Positions 1 through 9,999 of a stretch of DNA of 64,000 nucleotides are shown one piece after another. The DNA comes from Methanobacteriota archaeon. Its GTDB lineage: Archaea > Thermoplasmatota > Poseidoniia > Poseidoniales > Poseidoniaceae. The stretch covers positions 29,228 to 93,227 of the forward strand of contig PBMQ01000007.1 in the NCBI GenBank assembly GCA_002722615.1, given 5' to 3'. Under the pieces are notes generated by a model. That model saw nothing but the letters and a program-made list of their open reading frames with translations, was not told where the DNA came from and ran no database searches. Every line of letters begins with the position of its first letter. The first letter of the stretch is position 1. The translations under genes were made by a program, and so were the position numbers.

Positions 1-298
1 CATCCAAAGAGGGATTGTTTCAGGGATTACAGGTTTCTTGTTGAGTGAAGGTGACCGCCTTAATCTCGATATTACCGCTTTACTCTCAGAAGCAAGTCCG
101 ATGTACCCAGACGTGCGAGCTGCTGCTGTAGCAATCGAAGCAATAACAGAGATGACAGGCAAAGAAATCCCGTTATCGAAGATGCTTGAAAATGCTCGTA
201 GCATCGAGCAATCCGTTCAAGAAATCATTGAAAGCGCAACCCCATTGTTGCCATCACCAGACGATGATGACGCCATGAATGATCCATCATTTGGTTGA
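1..298 (+). CDS. C-terminal fragment of a protein running in from upstream; possibly a PAC2/ATP-grasp-type proteasome assembly chaperone family member
   Basis: The reading frame is open from the window edge (codons start at nt 2). The segment ...PDVRAAAVAIEAITEMTGKEIPLSKMLENARSIEQ... followed by an acidic tail resembles C-termini of archaeal PAC2-family proteins. The family call is tentative. Confidence 0.4.
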   Translation, partial: IQRGIVSGITGFLLSEGDRLNLDITALLSEASPMYPDVRAAAVAIEAITEMTGKEIPLSKMLENARSIEQSVQEIIESATPLLPSPDDDDAMNDPSFG

Positions 299-1678
299 CT
301 CAAATGATCGAAGGGTTTCGAGCACAGTCTCGAATGGTGCATGTGTTGCAATGAATGGGCGAAGGTCCGGTACCCTTGCGGTTTGATTGCCGGTTTCGTT
401 GAGTGCATCGATCAGTCGTTCCATGGTTGGCAAAGAACCGACATCAGCCAAGCGGGGCAATAGATCAAATGGCAGGAGCAAATGTTCTGAGGACAACAAC
501 GGAGCGGCATCTGCAATATGTCGAACAGATCTTCGAATCTCACGTTCGGCATACACTTGGTCGCCTTCACTCCATTGGAGACCGTGTTTGGCCCCTCGTT
601 CGATATCAGGAACTTTTGCAAGGCATGTTGCTACCGCGTGGTCTTCAGTAAGGCGAGAACAAATCTCTTCATTCCAAAGTGGGCCTATCCACATCGGACC
701 GCTTGCTTTTTCCATCTCTTCCGGACTTGGGTGTACCACAAATTTGTATGGCTTGCCTTCGGTTCGAATTCTCCAACCTATCAATTCACGATTCTTATCC
801 GCTCCCTGCTTGCTCTTTCGTACCCGGACGGAGACGCGAACGTGATGTCCATCGAACAATGCGAGAATTGGCTCAATTGCCCGATCAAGTTGAGCGGATC
901 GTGTTGCAATAGTTCCGAGGAGTACGCGAACAGCATCGTCATGCGCATAGAGGTCAACGATGCCTTTGTGGCCATACCGGCGCATTCCCGAAGTCGAGGA
1001 AGAACCAGTCAAGGCAGCTGTATCCGTTGCAGTTACCTCGAGAACGCCCACGCGCCCGAGAGCTTGCAGTGCTGCGTCGATAAATGAAATCGGAGAGCCG
1101 AAGGGATCGACGTCAATCCATTGAAATGACCCTTGAATCATCGCCATTCTTGCATCGCATTGTTGGAACTTTATCCCATTCCGTTCAATGAACTCGGGCT
1201 GAAGTTGTTCATCATCAATATCAACAAAACTCTGATTCAATGCATCAGATGTTGTGGAAAGCAAGGCCCAATCCAGGGCTTCAGAGTCGAGGTCGTTTGC
1301 TGTAATGTGCAGTCTGCCTTGATGTTCTTGGTTGATTTCATTTCTCCATCGTCGAACTCGAATTCCTGTTGCGCACAGTGCATCCAATGCCCGTATTGGT
1401 CGGTCACCGTTGATCCAACCGTGCTCCAGAGCATCCTGCAACAACAACACAGAACGTGTACGTGCAGGAGCCATTGCAGGATTCATGAATCCCGTTCCGG
1501 ATTTTTCAGCAGGTCCACGAGGCATATGGGTTGGGCGCTCTTGACTTTGTTTTAGGTGAACAAACGTTCGACCTTCACACCAGATATGGCCAGGCCAGCC
1601 TTCGAGAGATTCCTCTCCAGAAAACGACTCGGCCATGCTTGGACGAGATGTCACCTCTTCTTGACCGCACCGCTTCAA
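287..1678 (-). CDS. trm1: tRNA (guanine26-N2)-dimethyltransferase Trm1
   Basis: Motifs GFMNPAMAPARTRSVLLL, ALDALCATGIRVRRW and DVDPFGSPISFIDAALQAL match the Trm1 SAM-MTase core. The ORF-track start at 1678 is TTG and overlaps the purM stop. ATG at 1636 (MAESF...) is an alternative start. Confidence 0.85.
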   Translation of the reverse strand: MKRCGQEEVTSRPSMAESFSGEESLEGWPGHIWCEGRTFVHLKQSQERPTHMPRGPAEKSGTGFMNPAMAPARTRSVLLLQDALEHGWINGDRPIRALDALCATGIRVRRWRNEINQEHQGRLHITANDLDSEALDWALLSTTSDALNQSFVDIDDEQLQPEFIERNGIKFQQCDARMAMIQGSFQWIDVDPFGSPISFIDAALQALGRVGVLEVTATDTAALTGSSSTSGMRRYGHKGIVDLYAHDDAVRVLLGTIATRSAQLDRAIEPILALFDGHHVRVSVRVRKSKQGADKNRELIGWRIRTEGKPYKFVVHPSPEEMEKASGPMWIGPLWNEEICSRLTEDHAVATCLAKVPDIERGAKHGLQWSEGDQVYAEREIRRSVRHIADAAPLLSSEHLLLPFDLLPRLADVGSLPTMERLIDALNETGNQTARVPDLRPFIATHAPFETVLETLRSFESTK

Positions 1679-2772
1679 TAATGCTCGAAGAAAACATCCG
1701 GATTGCTGTGGGTCACCTTATGTCCGTTGTCGTGAACGTGCCCAATGATTGAGGCGCTTGGTTCGAATGACTTTAGGAATTGAAGAAGAGATTCTGCTTG
1801 TTCTTTTTCGACAGCCAGTACCATGCCTAAGCCCATGTTGAATGTTCGATGCATTTCCAAATCGGTAACGTTCCCTGCTTGCTGAAGCCAAGAAAATTCA
1901 GGAGGCATTTGCATCGGGGCATCAATGTGCCATCCAAATCTGTCATGCAACCTTAACAGGTTGGAGAGCCCTCCTCCAGTAATGTGAGCAATACCGTGAA
2001 CTGAATGGACAGAGTTTACCGTTTCTTTGAGGTGATGAAGAAGCTGAACAACAGGCTCACAGTATATCTTTGTTGGAATCAACAGGACATCAGCAAGGGT
2101 TGGATTATCAGGTAGTTCCCGGTTTTGGAAACGAGCATCAAAAGGACATGCATCGGTGTATGCGAGACCCTTGTGATTGATGATGTTCCGAACGAGAGAG
2201 AATCCATTCGAGTGAATTCCAGAAGAGGGCAATCCGATGAGGGCGTCTCCAACTTTGAGATGTTCACCAGTAATTGCTGAATCTTTGTCGAGGAATCCAA
2301 GGGCTGTTCCGGATAGATCAAGTTCAGTAACGATTCCAGGGAGAGAAGCAGTCTCTCCACCAGCGAGTGTGACATTGGCCAATTCACATGCCTTTGCAAG
2401 AGAGGCTCCGACTGCAGCATGAACTTCAGGATCCGGTTTCGGAACTGCGATATAATCGACAAATGCAATTGGTTCAGCACCTACACACAGTAAATCGTTG
2501 ACATTCATGGCCATACAATCAATACCGACACTATCCCAATTTTTGACTTCAGTTGCGATTTGTAATTTACTCCCAACACCGTCGGTTGCCATGGCTAAGA
2601 GGTGATTTCCGAATTCGATCAATCCACCAAATCCACCAGGTAAATCAACAGGTGCTCCCGGTGTGCCAGCCTTTCGTGTCGAGCGCTGGAGAGAGCCGAT
2701 GAGTGAAGCGACAGCAGCTCCTTCAAGGTCGATGTCAACACCGCTCGAAGCATAATCCATCGGGCCGCTCAT
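1675..2772 (-). CDS. purM: phosphoribosylformylglycinamidine cyclo-ligase (AIR synthetase, PurM)
   Basis: DYASSGVDIDLEGAAV, GGFGGLIEF, LLAMATDGVGSKLQIA and GIDCMAMNVNDLLCVGAEPIAFVDYIA are classic PurM motifs. I chose ATG at 2772 (MSGPMDYASSGVD); the track ORF extends to 2817. Confidence 0.9.
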   Translation of the reverse strand: MSGPMDYASSGVDIDLEGAAVASLIGSLQRSTRKAGTPGAPVDLPGGFGGLIEFGNHLLAMATDGVGSKLQIATEVKNWDSVGIDCMAMNVNDLLCVGAEPIAFVDYIAVPKPDPEVHAAVGASLAKACELANVTLAGGETASLPGIVTELDLSGTALGFLDKDSAITGEHLKVGDALIGLPSSGIHSNGFSLVRNIINHKGLAYTDACPFDARFQNRELPDNPTLADVLLIPTKIYCEPVVQLLHHLKETVNSVHSVHGIAHITGGGLSNLLRLHDRFGWHIDAPMQMPPEFSWLQQAGNVTDLEMHRTFNMGLGMVLAVEKEQAESLLQFLKSFEPSASIIGHVHDNGHKVTHSNPDVFFEHY

Positions 2773-2794
2773 ACGTTTTCCAATGCAAGACCAT

Positions 2795-3331
2795 TCATGA
2801 ATCAATCGTCTCGCCACTCAACAATTGAGCGGCCTCGATGATTTCCATATGTGACCTAGCAAGACGATGACCATCGTCGACTTTGTGGAATGCTAGAATC
2901 TCCCTCTCCGACCGTTCAGCATACTCGATACTGCATGAGATGGGCACGATATCGTCCTCAATACCGTGGATAATGATGGTTTTCAACCCCTCGGGTACTG
3001 AGAGGATTGTTGTGTTATCAACTGGAGGTTCGACTAGATGTAAAGCAGGTGCGCACAGAAGTAGGCCAGAAAAAGAATCGGGCATTTGCATGGCAACAAG
3101 TGCTGCTGTGAGCCCTCCATAACTCGAACCTGCAAGGATTGGTTTGTGTTCAGAGTATTTCTCACACTCCTTCAGTAAAAGGTGAACGCGTTGTGCAAGA
3201 TTCATTCCTTGGAAATCAGGAGCGTTAACATCGAAACCCGCGTTTCGAAGTGCCTGAATCTTGCTTCCATTCGGCGACCCTTCTAGTCCGTGTGCGAAAA
3301 TAATCATGATGTTCGCAAATACCGAATTCAT
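2795..3331 (-). CDS. small alpha/beta-fold hydrolase (esterase-like)
   Basis: At 178 aa it has an IIFAHGLEGSP oxyanion-type start, a GSSYGG nucleophile elbow (GxSxG) and a late IIHGIEDDIVP...DDGH acid/His region. Confidence 0.6.
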   Translation of the reverse strand: MNSVFANIMIIFAHGLEGSPNGSKIQALRNAGFDVNAPDFQGMNLAQRVHLLLKECEKYSEHKPILAGSSYGGLTAALVAMQMPDSFSGLLLCAPALHLVEPPVDNTTILSVPEGLKTIIIHGIEDDIVPISCSIEYAERSEREILAFHKVDDGHRLARSHMEIIEAAQLLSGETIDS

Positions 3332-3390
3332 ATCAACTTATTGAGGTCGGCATTTTTCCACTCCCTGTAAAAAAACCATCAAAAAGCCCG

Positions 3391-5610
3391 ATGAATCAGT
3401 GTGTTTTTCCAGTGGAAATGAAGGGGGCCAGAAGATGCAATGGAACCATTAAGAACAGTCGCCGTTCATACCTAATTCCTTGGTGTGATGTGAACGTGAT
3501 TCAAGATTTCGATTTAACGGCTCGCTGGTCAACTCTTCTTCATGCACATTTTACCGAGGATGTTCACAATATTGCCCAACTGTGGCCTGATGTTCAAAGT
3601 CTTGAAGTCTCGTATCGAACGATCGAAGGATTTGACCCCACATTCGCCCAGAGCATTCTTGAGCAACCCGATCTGCACGATGATGCATCGAATAGAGCAC
3701 TTCGAGAGTTACTTGCTGATGTTGGATATGGTGCGATCAATCCTTGGGTTCGAATCGTTCACCTTCCAAGCGATCAAGTTCGAACTGTTTCACAACTCCG
3801 TTCGGATGATATTGGGTTGATGATTTCAATTGATGCGGTTGTAACCAAAATTTCGGGTGTTCGGCCCAGGATGTATTCTGCAACCTTCAAGTGCGGTGCA
3901 TGTGAACACCTTATTACAATCCAGCAACCCAATGAGCAAGAACTCATCAATCCAATGGAATGCTCGCAAATCGATGGTGGATGTGGGCTTACAAATCGAC
4001 AGACACGATTCCAATTGCTCCAAGAACGTTCAACTCTAACTAATTCACAATTTATCGAACTCCAAGAACTTCCAGAACAAGTCCGTGGTGGAGTACAACC
4101 AGAACGCATCTCATGCGTCGCTGAACATGATTTGACAGGAAAGGTCAATCCAGGTGATCGGGTCAAGGCCAATGGAGTACTTTTTATTCGTTCACAACGT
4201 AAGTTTGGAAAAGACACTCCTGTGTTTGACATTTTCATGCGCGTTCAATCATTGGAGCGTCAAAATCTTGCCCTAGAAGAAATTGTAGTCACGGACGAAG
4301 AAGAGGCGGATATCAGGAGCTTTGCATCGGAACAAGATGTCTACAAACGCATAGCACAATCGATTGCGCCATCGATTTTCGGAATGGACAAAATCAAGGA
4401 AACTCTGATGTTGCAATTGTTCGGAGGTGTTGCCCGACTCAACCCCGATGGAACAAGAAATCGTGGAGACATTCACATTCTCTTGATGGGTGATCCTGGA
4501 GTTGCAAAGTCTCAACTCTTGGCATACATGGGGAATATCTCTCCACGTGGCCGTTTCACTTCTGGTATGTCTGCATCTGCAGCTGGTTTGACAGCAGCAG
4601 CAGTTCAGGATGCAAATGCTGATGGACGTTGGACACTTGAAGCAGGCGCCCTTGTTCTCGCAGATCAAGGTCTAGCAGCGATTGACGAATTCGACAAGAT
4701 GAATCAATCGGATCGATCCAGCATGCACGAAGCTATGGAACAACAAACGATTTCCATTTCAAAGGCGGGGATCAATGCAAGCCTGAGAACGCGTTGTGCA
4801 GTTCTCGCTGCCGCAAACCCGAAGGCAGGACGATTCCAACCGGTTTCTGAAGTTCCTTTCACTGGTCAAATCAATCTCGCTCCACCTCTCATTTCACGTT
4901 TTGATGTGATATGGCTCTTGACGGACGAACCCTCCGAGGACAAGGACGCTAAAATTGCAGGACACATTGTTGATAACCGATTGTCGGGAACAAGCGAACT
5001 TCTGGTCAATGAAGGATCTCGACCTGATCCTCGTAAATTGAGTTCAGTCGCAACAAAGCCGAGTCATTCAGATGGTCATCTTCACCGTGAATTCATTCGG
5101 AAATACGTTGCTTATGCAAAGCGAACCGTTCACCCGAATTTGGATGATGAGGCCAGAAAGCACATCATTGATTATTATGTCAAAACCAGAAAGCAATCAG
5201 GTGAATATCAGGATTCAGTCGCTATTACTGCTCGTGCGTTGGAGGCACTTGCGCGACTTGCAGAGGCCAGTGCACGCATTCGATTATCCGAAGAAGCAAC
5301 GATTGAAGATGCTGAGCGTGCGGTTCGTCTTACCAAGACTTGGCGCTATGATCTCATGGGAGAGAACTACGATGAAACTGCCATTGCTTCCAACCAAAAA
5401 GGGAAGGCTCGTCATGCTGAACGCAGCATCCTTGATATCGTGGACCGCCTCTCTGCCAACGGAGATGGGTTCGCCCAGCTTGTTGATGTTCTCAACGAAG
5501 CAGAACGTCTTGACATCTCTAGAGAAAAGGCCGAGGAAGTGATTGACAAACTCAATCAAAATGGCCGTCTTATGCGTCCAACTGGCTACGACACTCTTCA
5601 GATTGTTTAG
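3391..5610 (+). CDS. mcm: minichromosome maintenance (MCM) replicative helicase
   Basis: It has a Zn motif (CGACEH...CSQIDGGC), Walker A (LLMGDPGVAKSQLL), Walker B (IDEFDKM), an arginine finger region (PLISRFDVIWLL) and a C-terminal winged-helix-like tail. The first ~33 codons (Cys/Arg-rich) look non-native, so GTG at 3490 or 3496 is a plausible true start. Confidence 0.95.
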   Translation: MNQCVFPVEMKGARRCNGTIKNSRRSYLIPWCDVNVIQDFDLTARWSTLLHAHFTEDVHNIAQLWPDVQSLEVSYRTIEGFDPTFAQSILEQPDLHDDASNRALRELLADVGYGAINPWVRIVHLPSDQVRTVSQLRSDDIGLMISIDAVVTKISGVRPRMYSATFKCGACEHLITIQQPNEQELINPMECSQIDGGCGLTNRQTRFQLLQERSTLTNSQFIELQELPEQVRGGVQPERISCVAEHDLTGKVNPGDRVKANGVLFIRSQRKFGKDTPVFDIFMRVQSLERQNLALEEIVVTDEEEADIRSFASEQDVYKRIAQSIAPSIFGMDKIKETLMLQLFGGVARLNPDGTRNRGDIHILLMGDPGVAKSQLLAYMGNISPRGRFTSGMSASAAGLTAAAVQDANADGRWTLEAGALVLADQGLAAIDEFDKMNQSDRSSMHEAMEQQTISISKAGINASLRTRCAVLAAANPKAGRFQPVSEVPFTGQINLAPPLISRFDVIWLLTDEPSEDKDAKIAGHIVDNRLSGTSELLVNEGSRPDPRKLSSVATKPSHSDGHLHREFIRKYVAYAKRTVHPNLDDEARKHIIDYYVKTRKQSGEYQDSVAITARALEALARLAEASARIRLSEEATIEDAERAVRLTKTWRYDLMGENYDETAIASNQKGKARHAERSILDIVDRLSANGDGFAQLVDVLNEAERLDISREKAEEVIDKLNQNGRLMRPTGYDTLQIV

Positions 5611-5633
5611 ATGTTAAGCAATCATCTCTTGAA

Positions 5634-7682
5634 GTGGTGATGCTTGGCAAGGCCATGTCAGATGCAATCCCACAGGAGCCAGAAGGTGATGTGACGGATG
5701 CATCGACCTTCGATACGGCCCAATTGGGATTTATGTGCGGAATCGAAGTGCACCAACAATTGGCCACCGGAAAACTCCACTCACGCCAACCTTCGATGTT
5801 GTATGATGTCACCATAGACTCCGTTCCTGATGAGTGGCCTCGCTATGCTCGAAAGCTTCGATTGGCGAGTGGTGAGGGCGGAAAAGTCGATGTTGCGGCT
5901 CGTTTTGAAAAGCAACGCAATCGCTCCTTTGTATACATTCAATCTCCAAATTCTGGTCTCATCGAATTGGATGAGAGCCCACCTCTTGTCCATGATTCTG
6001 ATGCTCTCAATGTGGCATTGACAGTTTCAGCAATGCTTGAAGCAAAGCCAGTTGGTGCAATTCAAACCATGCGAAAAACCGTTGTAGATGGCTCAAATAC
6101 GAGCGGGTTCCAAAGGACCTCACTTATCTCAACCGATGGTGTCCTTCGAACTGAGACGGGGGATGTTGGCATCGATGTACTTTGTTTAGAAGAAGACAGT
6201 GCTAGAAAACTTGACAGCATCTCAACCAATAATGGCGAACAAGTCATCTATAATTTGGATCGACTTGGAGTGCCTTTGATCGAAATTGCTACGTCTCCTG
6301 ATATTCAATCACCTGAACATGCCAAGGAGACCGCCAAAGCACTCGGCCGAACCTTGCGAGACACTCGCCGTGTTCGTCGAGGATTGGGATCGATTCGGCA
6401 AGATTTGAACGTAAGCGTTGCTTGTGGTGATCGGGTTGAAATCAAAGGATGTCAAGATTTAGGTTGGATTCCTCGGATCGTTCGATTGGAAATGGTCCGT
6501 CAAGTTCACATGTACAGACTGGCAAACGAATTGCGGTCTGAATTGGACTTGCCCCCACTACCTCAAGATCGCCGTCTCGATGACGATGAGATCGAATCAA
6601 ATGTTGCCTCAACCGTCGCTTCACAGATTTCACTCGAATGTATTGATGTGACTCCTTCGTTCACCTCATGCGAGAGCCGTATGGTCAAGGAAGGTATCGA
6701 AGGTGGTTCGACCATGCTTGCTCTCAGGCTTTCAGGATTTGCTGGTAAAATCGGCACCAAAACAATGGACATAGACGGTGCCCAACTTCCTCGATTAGGC
6801 CGGGAACTTGCAGGTGCTGCAAAACTAGCAGGTGTCCGGGGAGTATTCCATTCTGATGAACTTCCAGCATACGGCATTGAAGAATCACATGTTCTCGCTG
6901 TACGTAACACGTTAGGGCTCAGTTCTGAAGATGCCTTTGTCCTCTGCCTTGCACCTTCTTGGCAAGCGCAGTTGGCTCTTGAAGCCGTGGGCCATCGAGC
7001 TCGCCTAGCCTATCATCGGATTCCACAAGAGGTTCGAAATGTTGTTGTCAAGAAAGGCGCTCCTGATGATGGAACTACCACGCCAATGCGCCCACTACCG
7101 GGGGGCGCTCGCATGTATCCTGAAACAGACGTCCCCACAGTGTCCGTCGAGGAAGATCATTGGTTGCATGTAATCCAAAACCTTCCGATGCGCCAAGATG
7201 AACGGATGGCCAGACTCAAGCAAACCGAGCTTTCCGAAGATCAATGCAAGCAACTTCTCTCACGAGAACTTGATGATGCTTTCTATTTGCACCATGAAAC
7301 CAAAAGTAAGGCATGGGCAACACTTCTTCTCGAACATGAGTCGGTTGAGCCAGGTGTCTTGTCATGCATTCTTGGTGTCCGAGAAAGCGGGGACTTAACC
7401 CGAGAAGGAATTGAAGAAACTGTTGAACATTTTGCGAACAGCAAACATATTACTGCTGAGGAAGTAGAACTGTTTGCTCAAGAAAACAACCTCATACCTG
7501 CTGACGTCGGAGATCTCGAATCAATCGTCGAAGGGATTGTCATGGAGAGACTTGATTTCGTCAAGGAACGAGGCATGGGTGCCATGGGTCCACTTATGGG
7601 CGTAGTTATGGGGGCATGCCCAGGCGTTGATGGAAAAGAAGTCAGCGCAGTACTACGGACAATCATCCAGAGGCATTCATGA
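5634..7682 (+). CDS. gatE: Glu-tRNA(Gln) amidotransferase subunit E (archaeal GatE)
   Basis: The N-terminal GFMCGIEVHQQLATGKLH... motif, a ~680 aa length with an insertion domain and a C-terminal GatB/YqeY-like tail are typical of GatE. The stop overlaps the next start (ATGA at 7679-7682). Confidence 0.9.
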   Translation: MVMLGKAMSDAIPQEPEGDVTDASTFDTAQLGFMCGIEVHQQLATGKLHSRQPSMLYDVTIDSVPDEWPRYARKLRLASGEGGKVDVAARFEKQRNRSFVYIQSPNSGLIELDESPPLVHDSDALNVALTVSAMLEAKPVGAIQTMRKTVVDGSNTSGFQRTSLISTDGVLRTETGDVGIDVLCLEEDSARKLDSISTNNGEQVIYNLDRLGVPLIEIATSPDIQSPEHAKETAKALGRTLRDTRRVRRGLGSIRQDLNVSVACGDRVEIKGCQDLGWIPRIVRLEMVRQVHMYRLANELRSELDLPPLPQDRRLDDDEIESNVASTVASQISLECIDVTPSFTSCESRMVKEGIEGGSTMLALRLSGFAGKIGTKTMDIDGAQLPRLGRELAGAAKLAGVRGVFHSDELPAYGIEESHVLAVRNTLGLSSEDAFVLCLAPSWQAQLALEAVGHRARLAYHRIPQEVRNVVVKKGAPDDGTTTPMRPLPGGARMYPETDVPTVSVEEDHWLHVIQNLPMRQDERMARLKQTELSEDQCKQLLSRELDDAFYLHHETKSKAWATLLLEHESVEPGVLSCILGVRESGDLTREGIEETVEHFANSKHITAEEVELFAQENNLIPADVGDLESIVEGIVMERLDFVKERGMGAMGPLMGVVMGACPGVDGKEVSAVLRTIIQRHS

Positions 7683-9301
7683 TGAGAGTTGCAACTCTTT
7701 TTCTAGCTCTCGTTTTGTTTTTGCCACTTGCCCAAGCGGCGTCTGAATCATCATGGACGCATGAGTTTGAAGATGGATACATCACAACAAAACCACTTGT
7801 CATAGAGGACAGCGTTTTCGTTCGCACTTCTGGCTTTTGGACTGGCGATGCACGACCAGTAATCGCTGCCTTTGATGTACAATCTGGAGACGAGCATTGG
7901 CGATTCACATCCCAGACCTCTCTTCAACACGATATGGCTCCACTTCTTTATGCAGAGCAAGGCTCTGGAGGTTGTGGTTCGTGGCAGGATCTTCTCATCG
8001 TTGGATGGGCGGATGGGAAAGTTACAGCACATTCGACGGAAGATGGGTCATTAGTTTGGGAAAACCAAACGGAAATCGACCAGATCGGTATTACTGGTTC
8101 GATGCTCATTGAAGACGACCAAGTCATTGTTCCAACACGAACAGGACTGTCGAGTTTCTGCCTTGCAGATGGGGAAGAGATTCTGAACGTGGATGTAGGA
8201 TTTATTGGATGGAGGAATGGAGTAACTGCAATTGAAGAGGGCTTTGTTTTTGGGGATGAATCGGGCAATCTCCACACAGTGCTTCGCAACGGGAGTGTTT
8301 TCAGTACTCATCTTGGAGAAGGAAAAATCAGGCACGCACCTTTGGACACCCGGCATGGTTTGTTTGTTCACCTACAGACTGAGGAGGGATCGACATTGTT
8401 CCTCAATGGTTCGGTTCTTGCGTCCGTTGGGCAATCTCCTGCAATTCCGTTAATGCATGAGAATCGTATCTATGCAGCAACAAGCGATGAATGGATTTCC
8501 ATTCTCTGCGATGAAGACACGTGCTCGATTGAAGCAACAGAACCATTTCATTCAAATGGGGAGTTGGCTCTTCGAATCGTTGGCACTGAAATTGAAGTTT
8601 GGGCACATTCCAACACCGTATCCGGGGGGTGGGGAATCTTCAATCAAACAGCATTCGTGCGGATGGAGAACTTTTCATTCAATACGTACGGTACAGCAGC
8701 TCCAGGTTTTGGTCCTGGAGTGATAGCATATGGTAATGATGCAGGAGTCCTCAAAGTTACATTCGAATCGTCTGAACCTTTGGGTGAGGAGAAAACCAGT
8801 GTAAACATTCTGGGAGGAATCCATTATGCGGCAGTTATTTCTCTATTCCTTTTCACATGCTACTCCTTAGCGCATCGAGACATCAAGCAACTCACAAAGG
8901 TAGGTTCGGCGTTTCTTCTCCTGATTGCTATCGCCGTTGTTCCTGAACTTTCATTGAAACTAGCAGAACAAACGAGTCCTAATGGCGAAGCGGAGTGGAA
9001 TCCTTCATGGCCAGATGAATGGCTTGGGACTCAAGTGATTGTATTCGAAATCGATGGCGTAGAGCATACGATAGGTGGTTTAGAACCCCAACAAACCGTT
9101 TACGATTTGACGATGATCGCTTGTGATGAATTGGGAATCGAGACAGAAATCGAACAACAATACTTCGGGGCCTATCTCGTATCATTCAATGGGTCTGTGG
9201 GCGATGGGTGGGAGTTTTCATTAGACGGAAGTCGAAGTCAAGTTGGAATGACTGAAGCCCAACTTAATGATACGTCAATCGTTGAGTGGCGACCTGCTTG
9301 A
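7679..9301 (+). CDS. secreted PQQ-like beta-propeller protein with membrane segments and a C-terminal DUF4430-like (transcobalamin-like) domain
   Basis: It has a signal peptide (MMRVATLFLALVLFLPLAQAAS) and repeated ...DG.LVWE / ...EHWRF propeller-type strands. Two hydrophobic helices lie around aa 385-425. The C-terminus (TVYDLT...GAYLVSFNGSVGDGWEFSLDG...IVEWR) fits the DUF4430 pattern as I recall it. Confidence 0.55.
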   Translation: MMRVATLFLALVLFLPLAQAASESSWTHEFEDGYITTKPLVIEDSVFVRTSGFWTGDARPVIAAFDVQSGDEHWRFTSQTSLQHDMAPLLYAEQGSGGCGSWQDLLIVGWADGKVTAHSTEDGSLVWENQTEIDQIGITGSMLIEDDQVIVPTRTGLSSFCLADGEEILNVDVGFIGWRNGVTAIEEGFVFGDESGNLHTVLRNGSVFSTHLGEGKIRHAPLDTRHGLFVHLQTEEGSTLFLNGSVLASVGQSPAIPLMHENRIYAATSDEWISILCDEDTCSIEATEPFHSNGELALRIVGTEIEVWAHSNTVSGGWGIFNQTAFVRMENFSFNTYGTAAPGFGPGVIAYGNDAGVLKVTFESSEPLGEEKTSVNILGGIHYAAVISLFLFTCYSLAHRDIKQLTKVGSAFLLLIAIAVVPELSLKLAEQTSPNGEAEWNPSWPDEWLGTQVIVFEIDGVEHTIGGLEPQQTVYDLTMIACDELGIETEIEQQYFGAYLVSFNGSVGDGWEFSLDGSRSQVGMTEAQLNDTSIVEWRPA

Positions 9302-9339
9302 GCGGTAACACTCAAGGCTGTGCGTCAATTGGGACGTTC

Positions 9340-9999
9340 ATGTTGAGCGCGATAGGAACCCACGGTCCTACCGTCTCGCCAACAACAATGATGGTATTGA
9401 ACGTCATATTATTCATCATAGGTGTCTGGTTGCTGATTAAACCTCAGGACAGGAAACAAACCTGGCTTTGGGCACTCTTGCTCCTTACAGGCCTCGCCTC
9501 AGCATCCCGAATTGCAATGGGATTTATCCCCAACGTCATGCCAGTCACAATTCTTGCAGTAATGGTTGGTTCGAAGTTTGGGGCTCAACGCGGATTTGCT
9601 TTTGCTATTCTTGTAACACTAGCGAGTAATGCAGTTCTTGGCCACGGCTGGTGGAGTTTGTTCCAAATCTTAGGATGGGGTTCAGTAGCCATTCTCGCAT
9701 CAATGGTAAAGGTCCATGATGAGGAAGGAATACTCTCGATGTCCCAACTTGCATTTGCATCATTATGGAGCGTTCCGGTGTTCAGCATCATCGTTTCCCT
9801 TTCCATTATCGACGCTGGAATGTCTCCAATTGAATTTGGGTTGTACCTCGTAAACGGCTTGCTTTATGATCTCCTTCACTTCTTGGGGAACCTCTTCTTT
9901 GCAATGTGGTTTGGGCAATGGTTTGAGCGCCTGCTCAACATGAATCAACCTCATCATCAAATCGTCCAACAGGAGAATGGGCATGTCAGCACTTTCTGA
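9340..9999 (+). CDS. polytopic membrane protein, ECF-transporter S-component-like (DUF6580-like)
   Basis: It has five to six predicted TM helices. The segment GFIPNVMPVTILAVMVGSKFGAQRGF resembles the PNfxPvxA...G motif of S-component-like proteins often found next to DUF4430 genes. I chose the start at ATG 9340; the track ORF begins at 9286. Confidence 0.4.
   Translation: MLSAIGTHGPTVSPTTMMVLNVILFIIGVWLLIKPQDRKQTWLWALLLLTGLASASRIAMGFIPNVMPVTILAVMVGSKFGAQRGFAFAILVTLASNAVLGHGWWSLFQILGWGSVAILASMVKVHDEEGILSMSQLAFASLWSVPVFSIIVSLSIIDAGMSPIEFGLYLVNGLLYDLLHFLGNLFFAMWFGQWFERLLNMNQPHHQIVQQENGHVSTF

Noticed and set aside
387-1087. Plus-strand ORFs of 152 and 189 aa (387-845, 518-1087) overlapping trm1
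   Set aside because: They are antisense to a well-supported Trm1 gene, and their Cys/Ser/Arg-rich products look random.
3391-5610. Possible intein or unusual insertion in MCM
   Set aside because: The length (~700-739 aa) and the uninterrupted Walker A-to-arginine-finger spacing are normal. No intein block motifs were seen. Only the start codon choice is uncertain.
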